This document shows positions 25,701 to 39,470 of a stretch of 64,000 nt of DNA, piece after piece (within the stretch, counting starts at the first letter, position 1; each line of letters starts with the position of its first letter). The stretch spans positions 101,742,001 through 101,806,000 of the forward strand of contig OZ024740.1 of assembly GCA_964016885.1 (NCBI GenBank), read 5' to 3'. The position numbers were made by a program, and so were the translations under genes. Source of the stretch: Eledone cirrhosa. Its lineage: Eukaryota. The notes under the pieces were generated by a model. The model worked only from the letters and a program-made list of their open reading frames with translations, ran no database searches and was not told where the DNA came from.

Positions 25701-26940
25701 TCTAGTACCAAACCCATAGCCTCCATGGATTTCGTCATAGCCGTCACAATGTTGTCCAACGTGACCATTTAGGTCGCCTGCAATAATTATATAGTCACTG
25801 TCAGATATTTGGGAGGTAGTTAGCAACAGTGTCTCATAGAATCTGTCTTTTATAGTGCCGGGCAGTCCGGATTGGGGTGCGTACGTAGATATTACTGTCA
25901 CCGTAGTTCTATTGAGGACAAGTCTTATTTTAATTATTCTGTCGTTCACTCTATTTACGTCTATTATCTTATCTGCCCACTTTTCTGCTACCATGATTCC
26001 TACTCCACCCAGCCCATCGTCGTTTCCCACCCAGAAAAGCTTATAACATCGTTTTTTACCCTCAATGAATCTAGCAGACCCACCCCTCCACCTGGTCTCT
26101 TGAATACAACAAACATCGACCTCCTTACGTTCAAGCATTTCTACAACCTCGTTAGCGCGACCCTTTAGGGTGCCTACATTTATGGTACCAACTCTGAAGT
26201 TTTGGGTTGCGTTTGGAGGGTGGGGGTGGTGGGGGGCGGGAGGAGATAGGGTTATGTTAGCCATCCGCGGACGAAACAAAGAGGAGTGCTCGCATTCTCG
26301 TCCACGAGGTGAATTTGACTTTAACTTTGGCATTTTCGCTCTGGGCGTCCAGATTTTTCTCTCCCTTCCACTCTCCAGGATTCCGCAGTCCGTCCGTCCA
26401 TCCATCCATCCATCATATATCGAAGGCAACCGGGCAAGCGATAGTATAGGCCTTTGGCTTATGATTTGGTCCGCGTAATAATAATAATGGTGATGCGTGG
26501 GGGTGGGGGGGGGGCTCTGGCTTATAATAATGGTGGTGATGCGGGGGGGGGGGGGGCTCTGGCTTATGATTGGTCCACGTATTAAGTATGGTGGCGTGTG
26601 GGGGTGGGAGGGAGGGGTGTGGGGTAGCTAGCTGGAAGGTTATGAATGTTTTAGCTAGCTGGAAGGTTATGAGTGTTTAACAAGCGATTTAACAAAAAGC
26701 AAAACTGCAAGATTTGTTCTGTTCAATACGACAAAAACACCGTATTTAAACCTTAAATAGATAACAAAAAAATACAGATTTCGGATTTTGCGAGATTGGA
26801 TGTTTGTTTGGACTATGTACGGAATTGAGCGTGGAAATGGAGAGAAGTATTGTACTTTACGATTTACATGAGTCCATCATAGAAATAATTGAAGCAGCGG
26901 TGGATTGGCGAAGTGGATAAACATGAAGGAGAACTTATCT

Positions 26941-26973
<33 letters not shown>

Positions 26974-27282
26974 AGCTAAGCGAGAGATAGAGGGGAAGAA
27001 AGAGGGGGGGGAGATATTGTGGCTGACCGCAGCCCCCTCGTGGAGAAGCAAGGAGGGTGAAGGGGTGGATCGGATTTTTGACTTTCAAGTAGCATACTAT
27101 ATATATTTAAAGTAATTTATAAGTAGAATGGGGAGGATTTTGTTTTTTTGTTTGAGAATACGATAGAATTAAGGAATTGGACGAAAACGATAGAATTAAG
27201 ATAGAAGGTTATGAATGTTTAACAAGCGATTTAACAAAAAGCAAAACTGCAAGATTTGTTCTGTTCAATACGACAAAAACAC
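22796..27282 (-). mobile_element. Full-length RTE-clade LINE
   Basis: 5' UTR 26430-27282, intact ORF, 3' UTR of about 350 bp, (GAT)n tail, (TA)n on both sides. Confidence 0.95.
23151..26429 (-). CDS. RTE polyprotein: APE endonuclease, reverse transcriptase and internal PHD-type zinc finger
   Basis: Uninterrupted 1092 aa; TINVGTL, IQETRW, YAPQ, GDLNGHVG, QVDYIL, SQHRL (APE); NYRGIKL, FVDLEKAFD, GVHQGSVLSP, YADD (RT); C4HC3 finger; the true start may be a downstream Met. Confidence 0.95.
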   Translation of the reverse strand: MPSIYDGWMDGRTDCGILESGRERKIWTPRAKMPKLKSNSPRGRECEHSSLFRPRMANITLSPPAPHHPHPPNATQNFRVGTINVGTLKGRANEVVEMLERKEVDVCCIQETRWRGGSARFIEGKKRCYKLFWVGNDDGLGGVGIMVAEKWADKIIDVNRVNDRIIKIRLVLNRTTVTVISTYAPQSGLPGTIKDRFYETLLLTTSQISDSDYIIIAGDLNGHVGQHCDGYDEIHGGYGFGTRNEEGSRILEYCDANNLTICNTNFKKRDNHLITYRSGEHTSQVDYILTRRRDRVSVVNTKSLPHEECTSQHRLIISDLIVRTRRTRQQKRTILRRKIWKLKDPTARNKFQSILLDAFDSKEEHLESDNIEGQWKFLKANLLLATDEVCGWSRPVGRRRVTWWWNNRVEGSIKAKKQAWKVWRDGGSRVDYQVARREARREVYLARREAEERKFKHVLQRDDQKREVFRIARQCVKENRDIVGEKCVLNDDGILAITDTDKKVAWKCHYERLLNEENKWEKDSLPLIDPIEGPAVLVEGSIISKAIKDMKTGKAAGPSEIVAEMLKASGTVGHTMVTRIVNQVVQNGVVPKDWHSSIIVNCYKGKGDALDRSNYRGIKLIDQVMKVTEKVIAQLIRERIDLDEMQFGFVSGKSTTDALFIVRQLQEKYLAKGKPLYLAFVDLEKAFDRVPRSIIWWALRKLGVDEWLVRAIQAMYKETVSKVRINNEYSEEFSVKVGVHQGSVLSPLLFIIALQAITEEFKTGCPWELLYADDLTLIAESMAELEKKFQTWKHGLESKGLKINLAKTKVLVCRKENKAAVPSGKWSCSVCRKGVGRNSILCPKCKVWVHKRCSGITGKLTKNIDFTCGRCSGAISSSKCPQNTSSFNCAEGSIEIVDSFRYLGDKISSGGGCSESTVARVRTGWKKFRELIPLLAAKGFSLKMKGRLYDACIRTAMLHGSETWALCAEDIRRLERNEACMLRWMCNSNIRERQSINELRKKLEIRGIRCCLLERRLRWYGHVMRMKVDSCITKCRAIKIDGSHGIGRPRKTWDELINSDLTHLHLSKTMSLDRDLWRYSVTEKTRLASRHL

Positions 27283-29050
<1,768 letters not shown>

Positions 29051-29217
29051 TTTTTTTTTTTTTCTATGCTGTTTTGTTGCTGTGCTGATAAGCTTTTTGG
29101 CATTGATACACTGGTTGGATGCCCTTCCTAACACCAGGGATGCCCTTCCTAACACCACCCTTGCAAGCAGGGAAAAGCGGACGTAAAATGATGATGATGA
29201 TGATGATGATATATATA

Positions 29218-29972
29218 TACATATAAAAGTTTACATATATATATACATACATATACATATACGTGTTTTGCAACTGGTCACTTTGTGGCTCAATGAAAAA
29301 TTAATAAATTAAACAATCAGAGCTATATATCATAAACATGTCTATAGAATCACAAGATAAAATATATACTATTTCCTCTCCCAATTAGCATAATGAACCA
29401 TATAAAAAATCGAATAGACCAGGCTATAAGAATGAGGCTTCTATGAAGAAATCTCCGACAAATAACCTAAAATAGCGCTTCGCGTCGGCCGTAGCGGAAT
29501 ATTTATCGAATATTTCGACAGCGTAATCGCCCAGATATAGTCAACTAAACAGAATTAGGTGTAAAATAAACTAGGAGAAAATAGAATACATTTAATTACC
29601 TCTACCATGGTTTCGTCCGTATTTTGAGTTTTCCAATAATTATGCAATAATTATATAAACTCGAGCGCCGGATTCATCAGGAAGCTCGCTCTTATCTAGA
29701 CACTAAATTTTCCAAAGTGATCGCGCCAAGAAATTCATTTCAAAATGGCTAAAAATCGTGACGTAGTCGCGGTCAGGTTGGAAGGGGTGTGGTAGTTGCT
29801 TACGACTGGTGGCATTTTTGCTAGAAAGCACACCACAATACAGCCAAATTTGTATCTCAACCTAATGGGAGATTATTACATATAAAAGTTTACATATATA
29901 TATACATACATAAACATATACGTGTTTTGCAACTGGTCACTTTGTGGCTCAATGAAAAATTAATAAATTAAA
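29218..29972 (-). mobile_element. Retrozyme-like unit: 96-bp terminal direct repeats (659-bp period) with an internal hammerhead
   Basis: Direct repeats at 29218-29313 and 29877-29972 (1 mismatch); non-coding, CpG-rich interior; TA flanks. Confidence 0.75.
29598..29685 (-). ncRNA. Type I hammerhead ribozyme with extended stem II
   Basis: Minus strand: GCTTC-CTGATGA-A TCCG..GAGTTT..TAATTAT TGC ATAATTA..AAACTC..CGGA C-GAA-ACCATGGT-A-GAGGT. Confidence 0.78.
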
Positions 29973-30282
29973 AACTTAATATATATATATATATATATAA
30001 AGTTTTTTATTTCTTATTATCTATTGTATTGTATATTGTATTATAATTCTCACATTGTATTACTATGTTGTGTTTCATGTATTAGAATTATATTGTACTT
30101 TCAAGGTGTGTTTGTTTTAATGTCTTACTTGCTCTCTTGTCCTATAGTCTATATTTACAAATGTACCCTTTTAGCTTTAGCATGTCTTTCCAAGTTAACT
30201 TTCCTAAATTTTCATAAATATAAAATCCCTATTCTTCTGAGTTTTGGCTTGTTCTGGCCGTTAATACTTCTTGTCTCTTTCC

Positions 30283-30327
30283 TTGCTCTGATGAGTCCTT
30301 ATTAATGGGACGAAACATTGTCAGCTA
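30283..30327 (+). ncRNA. Type I minimal hammerhead ribozyme (canonical core, GUC site)
   Basis: GCT-CTGATGA-GTCC TTATTAATG GGAC-GAA-AC ATT GT-C-AGC, followed by AATAAA and (TA)n; predicted cleavage after 30322. Confidence 0.88.
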
Positions 30328-30451
30328 ATAAAGACTTTTTATGTATATATATATAAATGTATATATATATATGTACATATATATACATATATATATATAT
30401 ACATATTATATATATACATATATATAAATACATATATATATATACATATAC

Positions 30452-30483
<32 letters not shown>

Positions 30484-30488
30484 ATATG

Positions 30489-30544
<56 letters not shown>

Positions 30545-30712
30545 AGGATTAGAATACTGGAGCGTGTTTGAGTCAAACACCCTCTTCGTATTATAGAAAT
30601 GACAGTAAAAGGTATAGCTCAATGCAGTTAAACAGAGCCGAAAAATTAAGAGAGTAAAACAAAGAATCATTTAATACATCAAAAGTTTGTCGGCTAATAA
30701 AAACTTTTGATG

Positions 30713-30752
<40 letters not shown>

Positions 30753-30943
30753 CGCAGCACGTTTATTCTCATATTTACACATATTTTTTCCCCCGCTGTG
30801 ACCCGTCTATGTTTTCGCGTATGCTTGTGTATGTACGTATTGGATGCGTTTTTGTATATATTTAATTTCAATTACCTCTGTATTTTATTTACTCTATTGT
30901 TAACTCTGAAGCCGAGAATCATTCGGTTTCCTAAATAGAATTT

Positions 30944-31212
30944 TAGTCTACGACTTCAGTTATACCATTTACGTAGTTTTATCTTTGCGTGTAATTGTTC
31001 TCAGCGGTCCACATAATGACGTATTATCTTAGTTTTTTTCCATTTGCCTGAGTACGTCTCCATGAACCATCTAATAAAATATTAGTCTACGACTTCATTT
31101 ATACCATAAATGTGGTTTTGTCTTTGCGCATAATTGTTTTCACCGCACCTAATAATGACGTATTATCTTCGTTTTTTCCCGTTCTTTGCCAGGGAACGTT
31201 TCCACGAACCAA
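30944..31212. repeat. Diverged tandem duplication, unit about 140 bp
   Basis: TAGTCTACGACTTCA..TATACCAT..CTTTGCG..ATAATGACGTATTATCTT..GAACCA occurs twice. Confidence 0.85.
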
Positions 31213-31634
31213 AGTACCGTCTTCCTGTCTTCCTTCGGTTGCAACGTTTTTTGAAATATTTACTTATGCGTTCACAGATTGACTTTTTTAGTTTCAGAAG
31301 ATCCCGTTAAGTGTGAAAGCAGCGATCCTTTGCTTAAACTTTAATCTGTTATTTTAATAAATATTTGCTCTACGGTTCTTATACATCTGATATATATTTA
31401 TCCTTATCGAGCCCGCTTTGGATTTAGTCTTCAAATTTATTATTAGAAGTGTTGAGCAAGTTATAAACCTTTGAAAATGATGATTAGATTTGAATAAAGT
31501 TAAAGGCTAAAATACCCATTTATTTTTACCATGGAAATAGTCAAACAACTGCGGCATATAGGCCTTCAAAGATGGAAAAAAAGAGATCCATGGGATTCAA
31601 AGCTTAGGTTTCCATGCACTATGCTCACATATAT

Positions 31635-32890
31635 ATCATCATCATTTTCTGCCCTTTTTTTCCATGCTTGTATAGGTTATATGGTCCTTATCCTACATCG
31701 TATACCTCCACTCATTGCAACACTTTGTCATCTCTTCTGTGAGCTTCAGTGATTTGAGATCAGCTCTCATAATTTCTGCTTAGATATGCCTTGGTCTCCT
31801 TCTTCCACTGGGATTTCTTTGCACTTCTTCAATCAATGATCATCATTCATATGCCTCACATGACTATATCTGGGCAGACCTCTCTCGTGCAAACTACTTC
31901 TGATTTCTCGTATATCCAGCTTTTCTCTCAACTCATCCATGCTTTGTCATTCATGCACATTAATTTTGCACATCCACCAGACCATACACATTTCATTTCT
32001 TTCTAGCCTTCACATATCCTCTGCATTCGTTGTCAATGTCTCCTACCATAGAACATCACACTTTGTATACAAGCATCATACAGCCAACCTTTCTTTTGTA
32101 GAAAGAAACTTTTTGTTGTCAACAGAGATTGTAACTTCCTGAACCTTTTCATCCTGTTCTTATCTAAGTTACTGTTCTCAGTGCAACCTCCTCAACCACT
32201 ATTTAGGTCACCGAGGTAGCAGAAGCTATCAACTGTTTACCAAAACTTTGGTTCTACCCAAATTTAGTTTAGGCTCTTTTGACTATAAGTTCTGTTTCCA
32301 AAATTGGAATTTCTTCAGTGGTTCAGCCATTGATTTGGCTATAAGAACCAATTCATTATCATACAGAAGTTCCCATAAACTACTCTATTATGGCCAGGTG
32401 AACTATAATAAACATGGGTGAGCTGAGGATGAGCATCCACCTGCACATTGAATTCCTCACTAAACTCATTATGCACTCTCACTTCACTGACCACTCCACT
32501 ACATGGTTTGCACTGCTCCCACGAGCCATTCTTTTACTCCAAGTTCTTTTAAGGACCACCAGATGATAGATTGCAGTACTTCCAAAAGCCTTCTTCATAT
32601 CAACAATGCTATAGTGCCTTACACTTACCTAGAAACTTCTCTTGAAGTTGTCTCACTAAGAAGTGGGCATCTATGGTGTCTCTCCCTGGCACAAAATCAA
32701 ACTGCATCTCATCTGATTTTACTCTTTCCCTACTTAGTTGTGCTAGAACTCTGTAAATGTGGTTGGCACTTGGAATGGCATCCAGATGTAGAAACCAAGG
32801 CATGGCCATCTGATCTGACTTGTCTCACAATGGGACAACTCTCTTAACTCACTCATGCTAGCATGGAAAAATGGACATTAAATAGTGATG
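31635..32890 (-). pseudogene. Old degraded RTE LINE fragment
   Basis: DEMQFDFVPGRDTIDAHFLVRQLQEKFLGK remnant; FCYLGD-like segment; 3' (GAT)n. Confidence 0.75.
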
Positions 32891-33736
32891 ACGATAATGA
32901 CATATATATTATGCCAGCTAGACACACTTTGGCTTAACAATGCACTTAAGTCTTGGAGCAAATTATTAAAATGTAAATGGTTTGTATGAGGAATATGCAA
33001 TGGAAGGGAAGAGCAAGAGGGGGAAAGCAACAGAGAAAATGTGGTAGGCAGATATCCGCTAATAGTGACATGAAGGTGAAGAATGATGGTTTGTAATAGA
33101 TAATAATGGTATTGTATATAGATATGTTTGACATCATTGGCCATTGTCAAATTTAATAGCCCCCCCCCCCCCCCCATCCACCTCCAACTTATCCAAGAAA
33201 CTCCACATTGCATTTCTGCAAACCATATCAAGGCTGTACCAAGTAGCTTAGATATAAACCAACTTCTATACAAACTATTGAAGCACTAGGTAATTTGAAA
33301 ATCTTTTAGAATCTCTATGGCTACATGCCAATTTTCTCCGTAACTAGGAAGGATTTATTTGACTCTCACAGTGATTATTTATTGCAAATGACTCTTTTAC
33401 AGTTATTTGCTGTGCTTGGGATTCCCACATTTCAAATCGCCCAGTGGTATGATGATTGTTAATACTTGTGTGTATATATATATATGCACACATTTATATA
33501 TATGTGTGTGTATATATGCACATATATATATATGTGTGTATATATATATCTACATATATATATATATACATATTCAAAGGTATATCATAGTTTTTACTAA
33601 AGAAATTGAGCATGAAAAATTGCATGTGATTTAACTACTGAACCTTGCTTTGGGCTTGGAATATTAAGTAATAAAGCCAAAATATTATAAAAGGGGCTGC
33701 AATTTGTCTCCCACTGTAACTGATATGAGTATAAAT

Positions 33737-33783
<47 letters not shown>

Positions 33784-33919
33784 GTGTATGTGTGTGTGCA
33801 TACATGTGTGCAAGTGTGCATATATATATATAAATCATTTACTATTATCACCATCCTCATCCTATATATCTTAATATTTATCTTGTATTTTATGAAGTTA
33901 CTGAATGAACATGATAGAG

Positions 33920-34580
33920 GGAGACTATATGAAAGAAAGCTTTCTTTTTTTTAATAAAACTTATGAATGAAAGAAAAATCAAATGAAAATCGAATGAGAA
34001 AAAAATAGGAACAATATATGAAAGCAATTCTAAAAGAGAAAATATGTAGAAGAAAGAAGGAAATAGAGAGAAAAATTGAAGATAAAGAATGATTTTCAAA
34101 TATCAAAAAGGAAAGAAAATTATAGAAAAAGAAATTCTAGAAGAAAAGAGATGAATGAATTAGAGAATGGAACACAATAAAGGAATATATGAGAAAAAGA
34201 ATAGAAAATGAAAGGATGTAAATATGAAAGAAAGAATATGGGAGAGAAGGAAAAAAGAAAGAATATAAGAGAGAAGGGAAAAAAGAAAGAAGATATGAGA
34301 GTAAGAAAAATTAAAGAATATAAGAGAAAGAAGGAAAGAGAACAGGAAAAAATGACAATGATGTAATATAGAAAAGAGAGAAAAAAGAACAATAATAGGA
34401 AGAAAGAACTACATGAGAGAAATTAAATAAAATCCAATAATAATAGAACTAAATACAGATAAGAAGTAAGAAAATACTACTGCTACTACAACTACTACTG
34501 CTAATAATAATAATCATAATAATAATAACAACATAGATGAAGAAGTGGAAGAAAAGAAGGAAGAAGAGGAGAAAAAATCC
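33920..34580. repeat. Purine-rich low-complexity tract
   Basis: Almost exclusively A/G on the + strand. Confidence 0.85.
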
Positions 34581-35030
34581 TTCATAATGCTTTGCTAAGT
34601 GCTCAATTACAAGAACACGATTAGTTCCCATGAATGATTCCAGTATTGATATTTGGAGAGCTTATTGATTCACTGAGCAGCATTGAAGTCAGTTAAAAGG
34701 CATTTTTAGTAGGACTTGAAGGACCATTGTTGGAGATTTACCTATTTCTTTGCCATTTACCAAATAGAGAGAAGAAGCAACATATTCCTAACAGCTTACT
34801 ATTGCCTCACCATATGCCATTGTTGTGTCAACGTTGTGGTTGTTGTTGCTGATGGTTTTACTTGATGCTCAGATATCAGAGTTGCTGTAAAATTATACCA
34901 CTTTGATTTGTGATTTGAAAACAGTGCTCTCCCTCTCTCCTCATACAAATGTGTGTGTGAGTGTATATATATATATATATTGTGTGTGTGCATGTGTAAG
35001 AGAGTATCTATCTAACTCTCTCTCTCTCTT

Positions 35031-35113
<83 letters not shown>

Positions 35114-35115
<2 letters not shown>

Positions 35116-35642
35116 CCACGGAATAGGCAGACCTAGAAAATCCTGGGACGAGCTGATAAACTCCGACCTCACACACTTACACCTCTCCAAGACAATGTCA
35201 CTGGACCGAGACCTTTGGCGGTACTCAGTAATAGAGAAGACCCGCCTTACCTAAATACATAGTAAAACCTACTACAGCCAGTAGGCATCTCTAACAAAAT
35301 ACACCCCCGTCCCACCACCCCCACCCCATCCACACCACCCCCTCCTATGTAAAGTTATGTTGGTGCCACACCATCCAGGCCGAAACAAATGAGATCGTGT
35401 AGGTGTCACGACAAAAAAACACACAGTCCACGCTGTAATGTGGCCGTGTAGACAACACGGTAAAAACCTCCCAGACCCACACTGTAAATGTGGTTGGTGT
35501 TAGGAAGGGCATCCAACTGTAGAAAACCTGCCAGACAGTCCTATGCGAGCAAGACAATCACTCTTGCCTCAAGTGGGAATACCCCCATCCAAACCCATGC
35601 AAGCGTGGAACACGGACGTTAAACGTTGATGATGATGATGAT
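35114..35642 (+). mobile_element. RTE LINE 3' end (young subfamily)
   Basis: Near-identical reverse complement of 21121-21650; begins in (TA)n and ends in (GAT)n. Confidence 0.93.
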
Positions 35643-36739
35643 ATAGCAAAATTAGCAATGGTCATCAACTGTTGAAAATGGCATACATAGTTTTGATCCC
35701 TACCGACAGTACTGCTGGTTCATTCAGTGTTATGGTGTACAACAAGGCAGCTAAACACTGACATGGAGTATTTTATGTGACAAAAACAAAACAGAACTTA
35801 CGTGAAATTACATATTAAATGTACTATATTTAAGTCAAACGATATGTGATAAAGAGGATCAGCTAGAACCATGGTTACAAAAACAAACACAGAGTAAGTG
35901 AGGTGCAGAGAGGAAAATGGGAGCTAGTAGTTATAACTAAAGGGTGTGAAAAACACTGAGACTAAAGTAGTAAACAATAACAATGTGGTGGGAGGAAAAT
36001 GGTTGCAGTAAAACAGTGCAACTTAACAGGACGAAAAGAGCTGCTTGCACCAGAGATAATATTGCAAAATTGGCAACAAGTACAAAAACCCCACGAGCAT
36101 CAACTGTCAATAGTTTGTATAAGATGTGAAGTTCACTTGACAACTTTTTTCCATCCCTAGGAGTATTTCACCTGATTTTCGAAGTTATAATTTATGGCAA
36201 TCGACTGTTGTTACAGTTATTTTCAGCTATTTTCTGTGTCAGGTTAAGATAATCAGTTAGACCAATGGAGTCACTGAATACTCTATGAAAAAAAATATTT
36301 TTCTTTAATAGTAAAAGTCCCATATATTTGTTGTATATAGTCATATAATATATGCTTTTTAATGCATTCCTAGTGCTACTACCAATTATATATATGTATA
36401 TAAGTTATGTACAAGTAAATATTATACAGAAATGTATGTATACATCTATATGTATGTATAATATAAAATACATGCTGAGTGAAGAAGTGCCAAGAAATCC
36501 CTATGGAAGGAAGCCAAATTAGAGGAAGACCAAGGACATTATGCATAGATGTGGTGAGAGCTGATCTCAAATTGCTATAGTACAAAGAGATGATGAAGAA
36601 ATGCAATGAATGGAGGGATAGTACACAGAGATGATGAAGAAATGCAATGAATGGAGGGACACTATGCTGAAAACAACTCGTCCAACCAATGCAAGCATGG
36701 AAAAGTTTATATAAAATGATGATTATATATATATATATA

Positions 36740-37093
36740 TCATCATTTCATTCATCATTTCATTTTACGTCCGCTTTTTCCCTGCTTGCAAGGGTGGGAC
36801 GGGAACTGATTCTGGCTTGATTTCTACAGCTGGATGCCCTTCCTAACACCAACCTCATTTACAGTGAGTGCTGGGTGCTTTTTTGCCGTGGCACCTGCAC
36901 GACCACTTTGCAGTGTAATGAGATGATAGGGGCTGGGGTCCCTATCATCTCATTTCTACAGCTGAGTAAACTGGAGCAATGTGAAATAAAGTGTCTTGCT
37001 CAAGGAAACAACACATCGCCCGGTCTGAGAATTGAACTCACAACCTTTCGATTGCAAGGCCAATGCTCTAACCACTAAGCCATGTGCCTCCAC
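36740..37093 (-). mobile_element. SINE family B (full length)
   Basis: tRNA head, CORE-like domain and RTE-type tail as at 15291. Confidence 0.88.
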
Positions 37094-37119
37094 GTATATA
37101 TATATATACTGGGGTCTCT

Positions 37120-37300
37120 ATTATTCCACTGTAAAGTGGACGTGTAGGTGCCACGGCAAAAAAGCACCCACCACTCACTGTAAATGAGGTTGGTGTTAGG
37201 AAAGGCATCCAGCTGTAGAAATCAAGCCAGAATCAGTTCCCGTCCCACCCTTGCAATCAGGGAAAAAGCGGACATAAAATGAAATGATGAAATGAATGAT
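37120..37300 (+). mobile_element. SINE family B 3' half, inverted relative to its neighbour
   Basis: Reverse complement of 36740-36920. Confidence 0.85.
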
Positions 37301-37318
37301 ATATATATATATATATAT

Positions 37319-37370
37319 ATCGATATCCAGTGAAATATATATATATATATATATTTCACTGGATATCGAT
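37319..37370. repeat. Perfect 52-bp palindrome centred on (AT)n
   Basis: ATCGATATCCAGTGAAA-(TA)n-TTTCACTGGATATCGAT. Confidence 0.95.
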
Positions 37371-37400
37371 CTAAACCTTTGTTATTATTATTATAATAAA

Positions 37401-37580
37401 GGGCGGTGAAGTGGCAGTATCAGTAGAAGGTCGAATGCCATGCTTTGCACCAAGAGCCCTTTATATTCTGAGTTCAAATCCCGCCAAGATTAACTTTACC
37501 TTTCATCATTACCGGGGTCGATAAAATAAAGCACCAGTAATGCACTGGGATAATTGCTGGCCTTGTGCCTATACTAGAAA
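37401..37580 (+). mobile_element. SINE family A with (TTA)n tail
   Basis: GGGCGGTGAAGTGGCAGTATCAG..GAGTTCAAATC..CCTTTCATC..GGGGTCGATAAAATAAAG. Confidence 0.88.
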
Positions 37581-38739
37581 TCATTATTATTATTATTACT
37601 ATTATTATTATTTTTAATGTTTTTTAATCAGGATTCATCATATTCCTGGTATGGTTTGTGTAGGTAGTGGGCTACTACCTGTAACCTTTGGTATACACAT
37701 GGTTTGATTAAGCCATTAAGTGCTCAAAACCCTACTAATGATCATCCTTGTTCCCAAGAACAAACATTCTGGAGAATCTCTACAGGAGACTCCACTCCAA
37801 TCTCCTTTATTCATTTGTTTTTCATCACTCACAATCCCAAGTACCTTAATTGCAAGCACAATCTTTACAGATTTCTTGTTCAAAATTCTCGCCATCTCAA
37901 ATTTAAGGGGCTATAGTTTTCTTTATAACTTAGTATCAAACTGACATGAATGGATCAATCAATATACAAATTTGATTTACCTTGTCTATTACTGTAATAT
38001 CTGGCATGTTATATTCCATCTTTTTATCTCTTTGAATGGGAAAATTCCACAAAATCTCGCATGTTTCCAACTCAATCATTTATTCTACCTGATGATTGTT
38101 ATACATACTTCTTGCTTCAAACCTCCTATTTCTGATAAAACTTCCAGTATAAAATTTTCATAAATTGATCATGTCTCTATTTCTTCTACTAGCAGAAAAA
38201 CCACCATTCGGGTGGTTTTCTACTAGCATGTGTAGTGTGCATATTGGTATTATATGCAAGTATACATGCATGTAGATATATGTCAAATAAAATCATAATC
38301 GACAATATGCACAGAAATTGAAGAGGGACTGTGTTACACTCTCTTCCGTAATCAGTAAAGTAATCCATGATACATTTAAAAAAGACGATATTGTATATAA
38401 ACTGCATTACAGTGAAATGTAATGAAAACGAAAAAGGAAAAAATTAAATATAAACCTTATATAACGATGCAAATATATGAACATTTACATAAGCGATGTA
38501 ATAAATGTTCTGATATGACAGACACTAACCGGAAGTGTAGACCTTAAAACATTTTTAAAGAATTGAATCTTAAAATAAGGAATCATTATATATATTTTTT
38601 TTAAAATAGAAACAATTATATATAAGAATATTTATGTTTAATCAACAGCTACGAAATTTAGTACAAAAATTATGTAATATTCATTCATTATTTATTCAAA
38701 GTAATTTAACTTATTTTACTAACAGGATAAAAAAATATA

Positions 38740-39470
38740 TTCAGGACACAATCCCGCACTCCTCCTTTTATATTATGATTGTTCCTTGGCTAATCTGAGG
38801 TATTCTGCTACAATAAGTGCAACTGTTTCATCCCAAATTCTACATACTCTATATTTTGCTGACACTTCCTCTCCACATATATATTTTGTTAAAGTATTTG
38901 TTTGCAAATACCTTGAGCTGCTACAATGAGGCTTTCTTTCTTTTTTCTATTGTCTTTTTTCCAACTAAACCTGGGATATTTTTCTATGTACATCTTAAGT
39001 TGCTTTCCAAAACTCTGCAAAGGTTTCTCTTCAATCGCTTTGAATTTGATTTTTGTCCTTTTCACTCTTTCCAGTCTTTACTGCTTTTAGTAATTTTTAT
39101 GTGCTCTTCTACACATAATCAAGTAAGCTGCTTCATTCCATCTGCACACAATCTTTCACACCAGTTAAGACTCTTCTACCCCAATCTCTCTTCAAGTTTA
39201 ACCAGTTGATCAGCTTTTGCATGGTGGACTCCATACACTGTCAGCAATTTCCTAGTTTTTCTGTCAACTTTCAGCTCTATATCTGATAAATGGCACCACT
39301 CTCGAGTCAATCACTTCAATAACATTTCTTGAATTCAACCTTTACTGTGGTATTTTCCTCAACCTCCTTGCATAATTCCAGTTCATAATTGGCTTCATCT
39401 CTCCATGTTTTATTTAATCCACCTCCAGAATTCCCAAATACATATTCCTTATTGAATTCCCAAATACTTA
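38740..39470 (-). pseudogene. Degraded R4/Dong-like fragment
   Basis: Minus-strand remnants LIVAAQG and IVAEYLRLAKEQ match the AAQDQ / HIVSxCxxLA motifs. Confidence 0.45.

Noticed and set aside
21571-26478. Plus-strand ORFs of 60-166 aa overlapping the RTE copies
   Set aside because: Antisense shadows of the RTE coding frame with no recognisable domains
30944-31212. Spaced repeats as a CRISPR-like array
   Set aside because: Only two diverged 140-bp units in eukaryotic DNA; no spacers or cas genes
31290-31330. CAGAAGATCCC..GTGAAAGC hammerhead-like string
   Set aside because: Core altered and stems do not pair convincingly
32618-32640. Minus-strand TAG|GTAAGT resembling a recursive splice site
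   Set aside because: Lies in RTE coding sequence (KFLGKC) and has no pyrimidine tract
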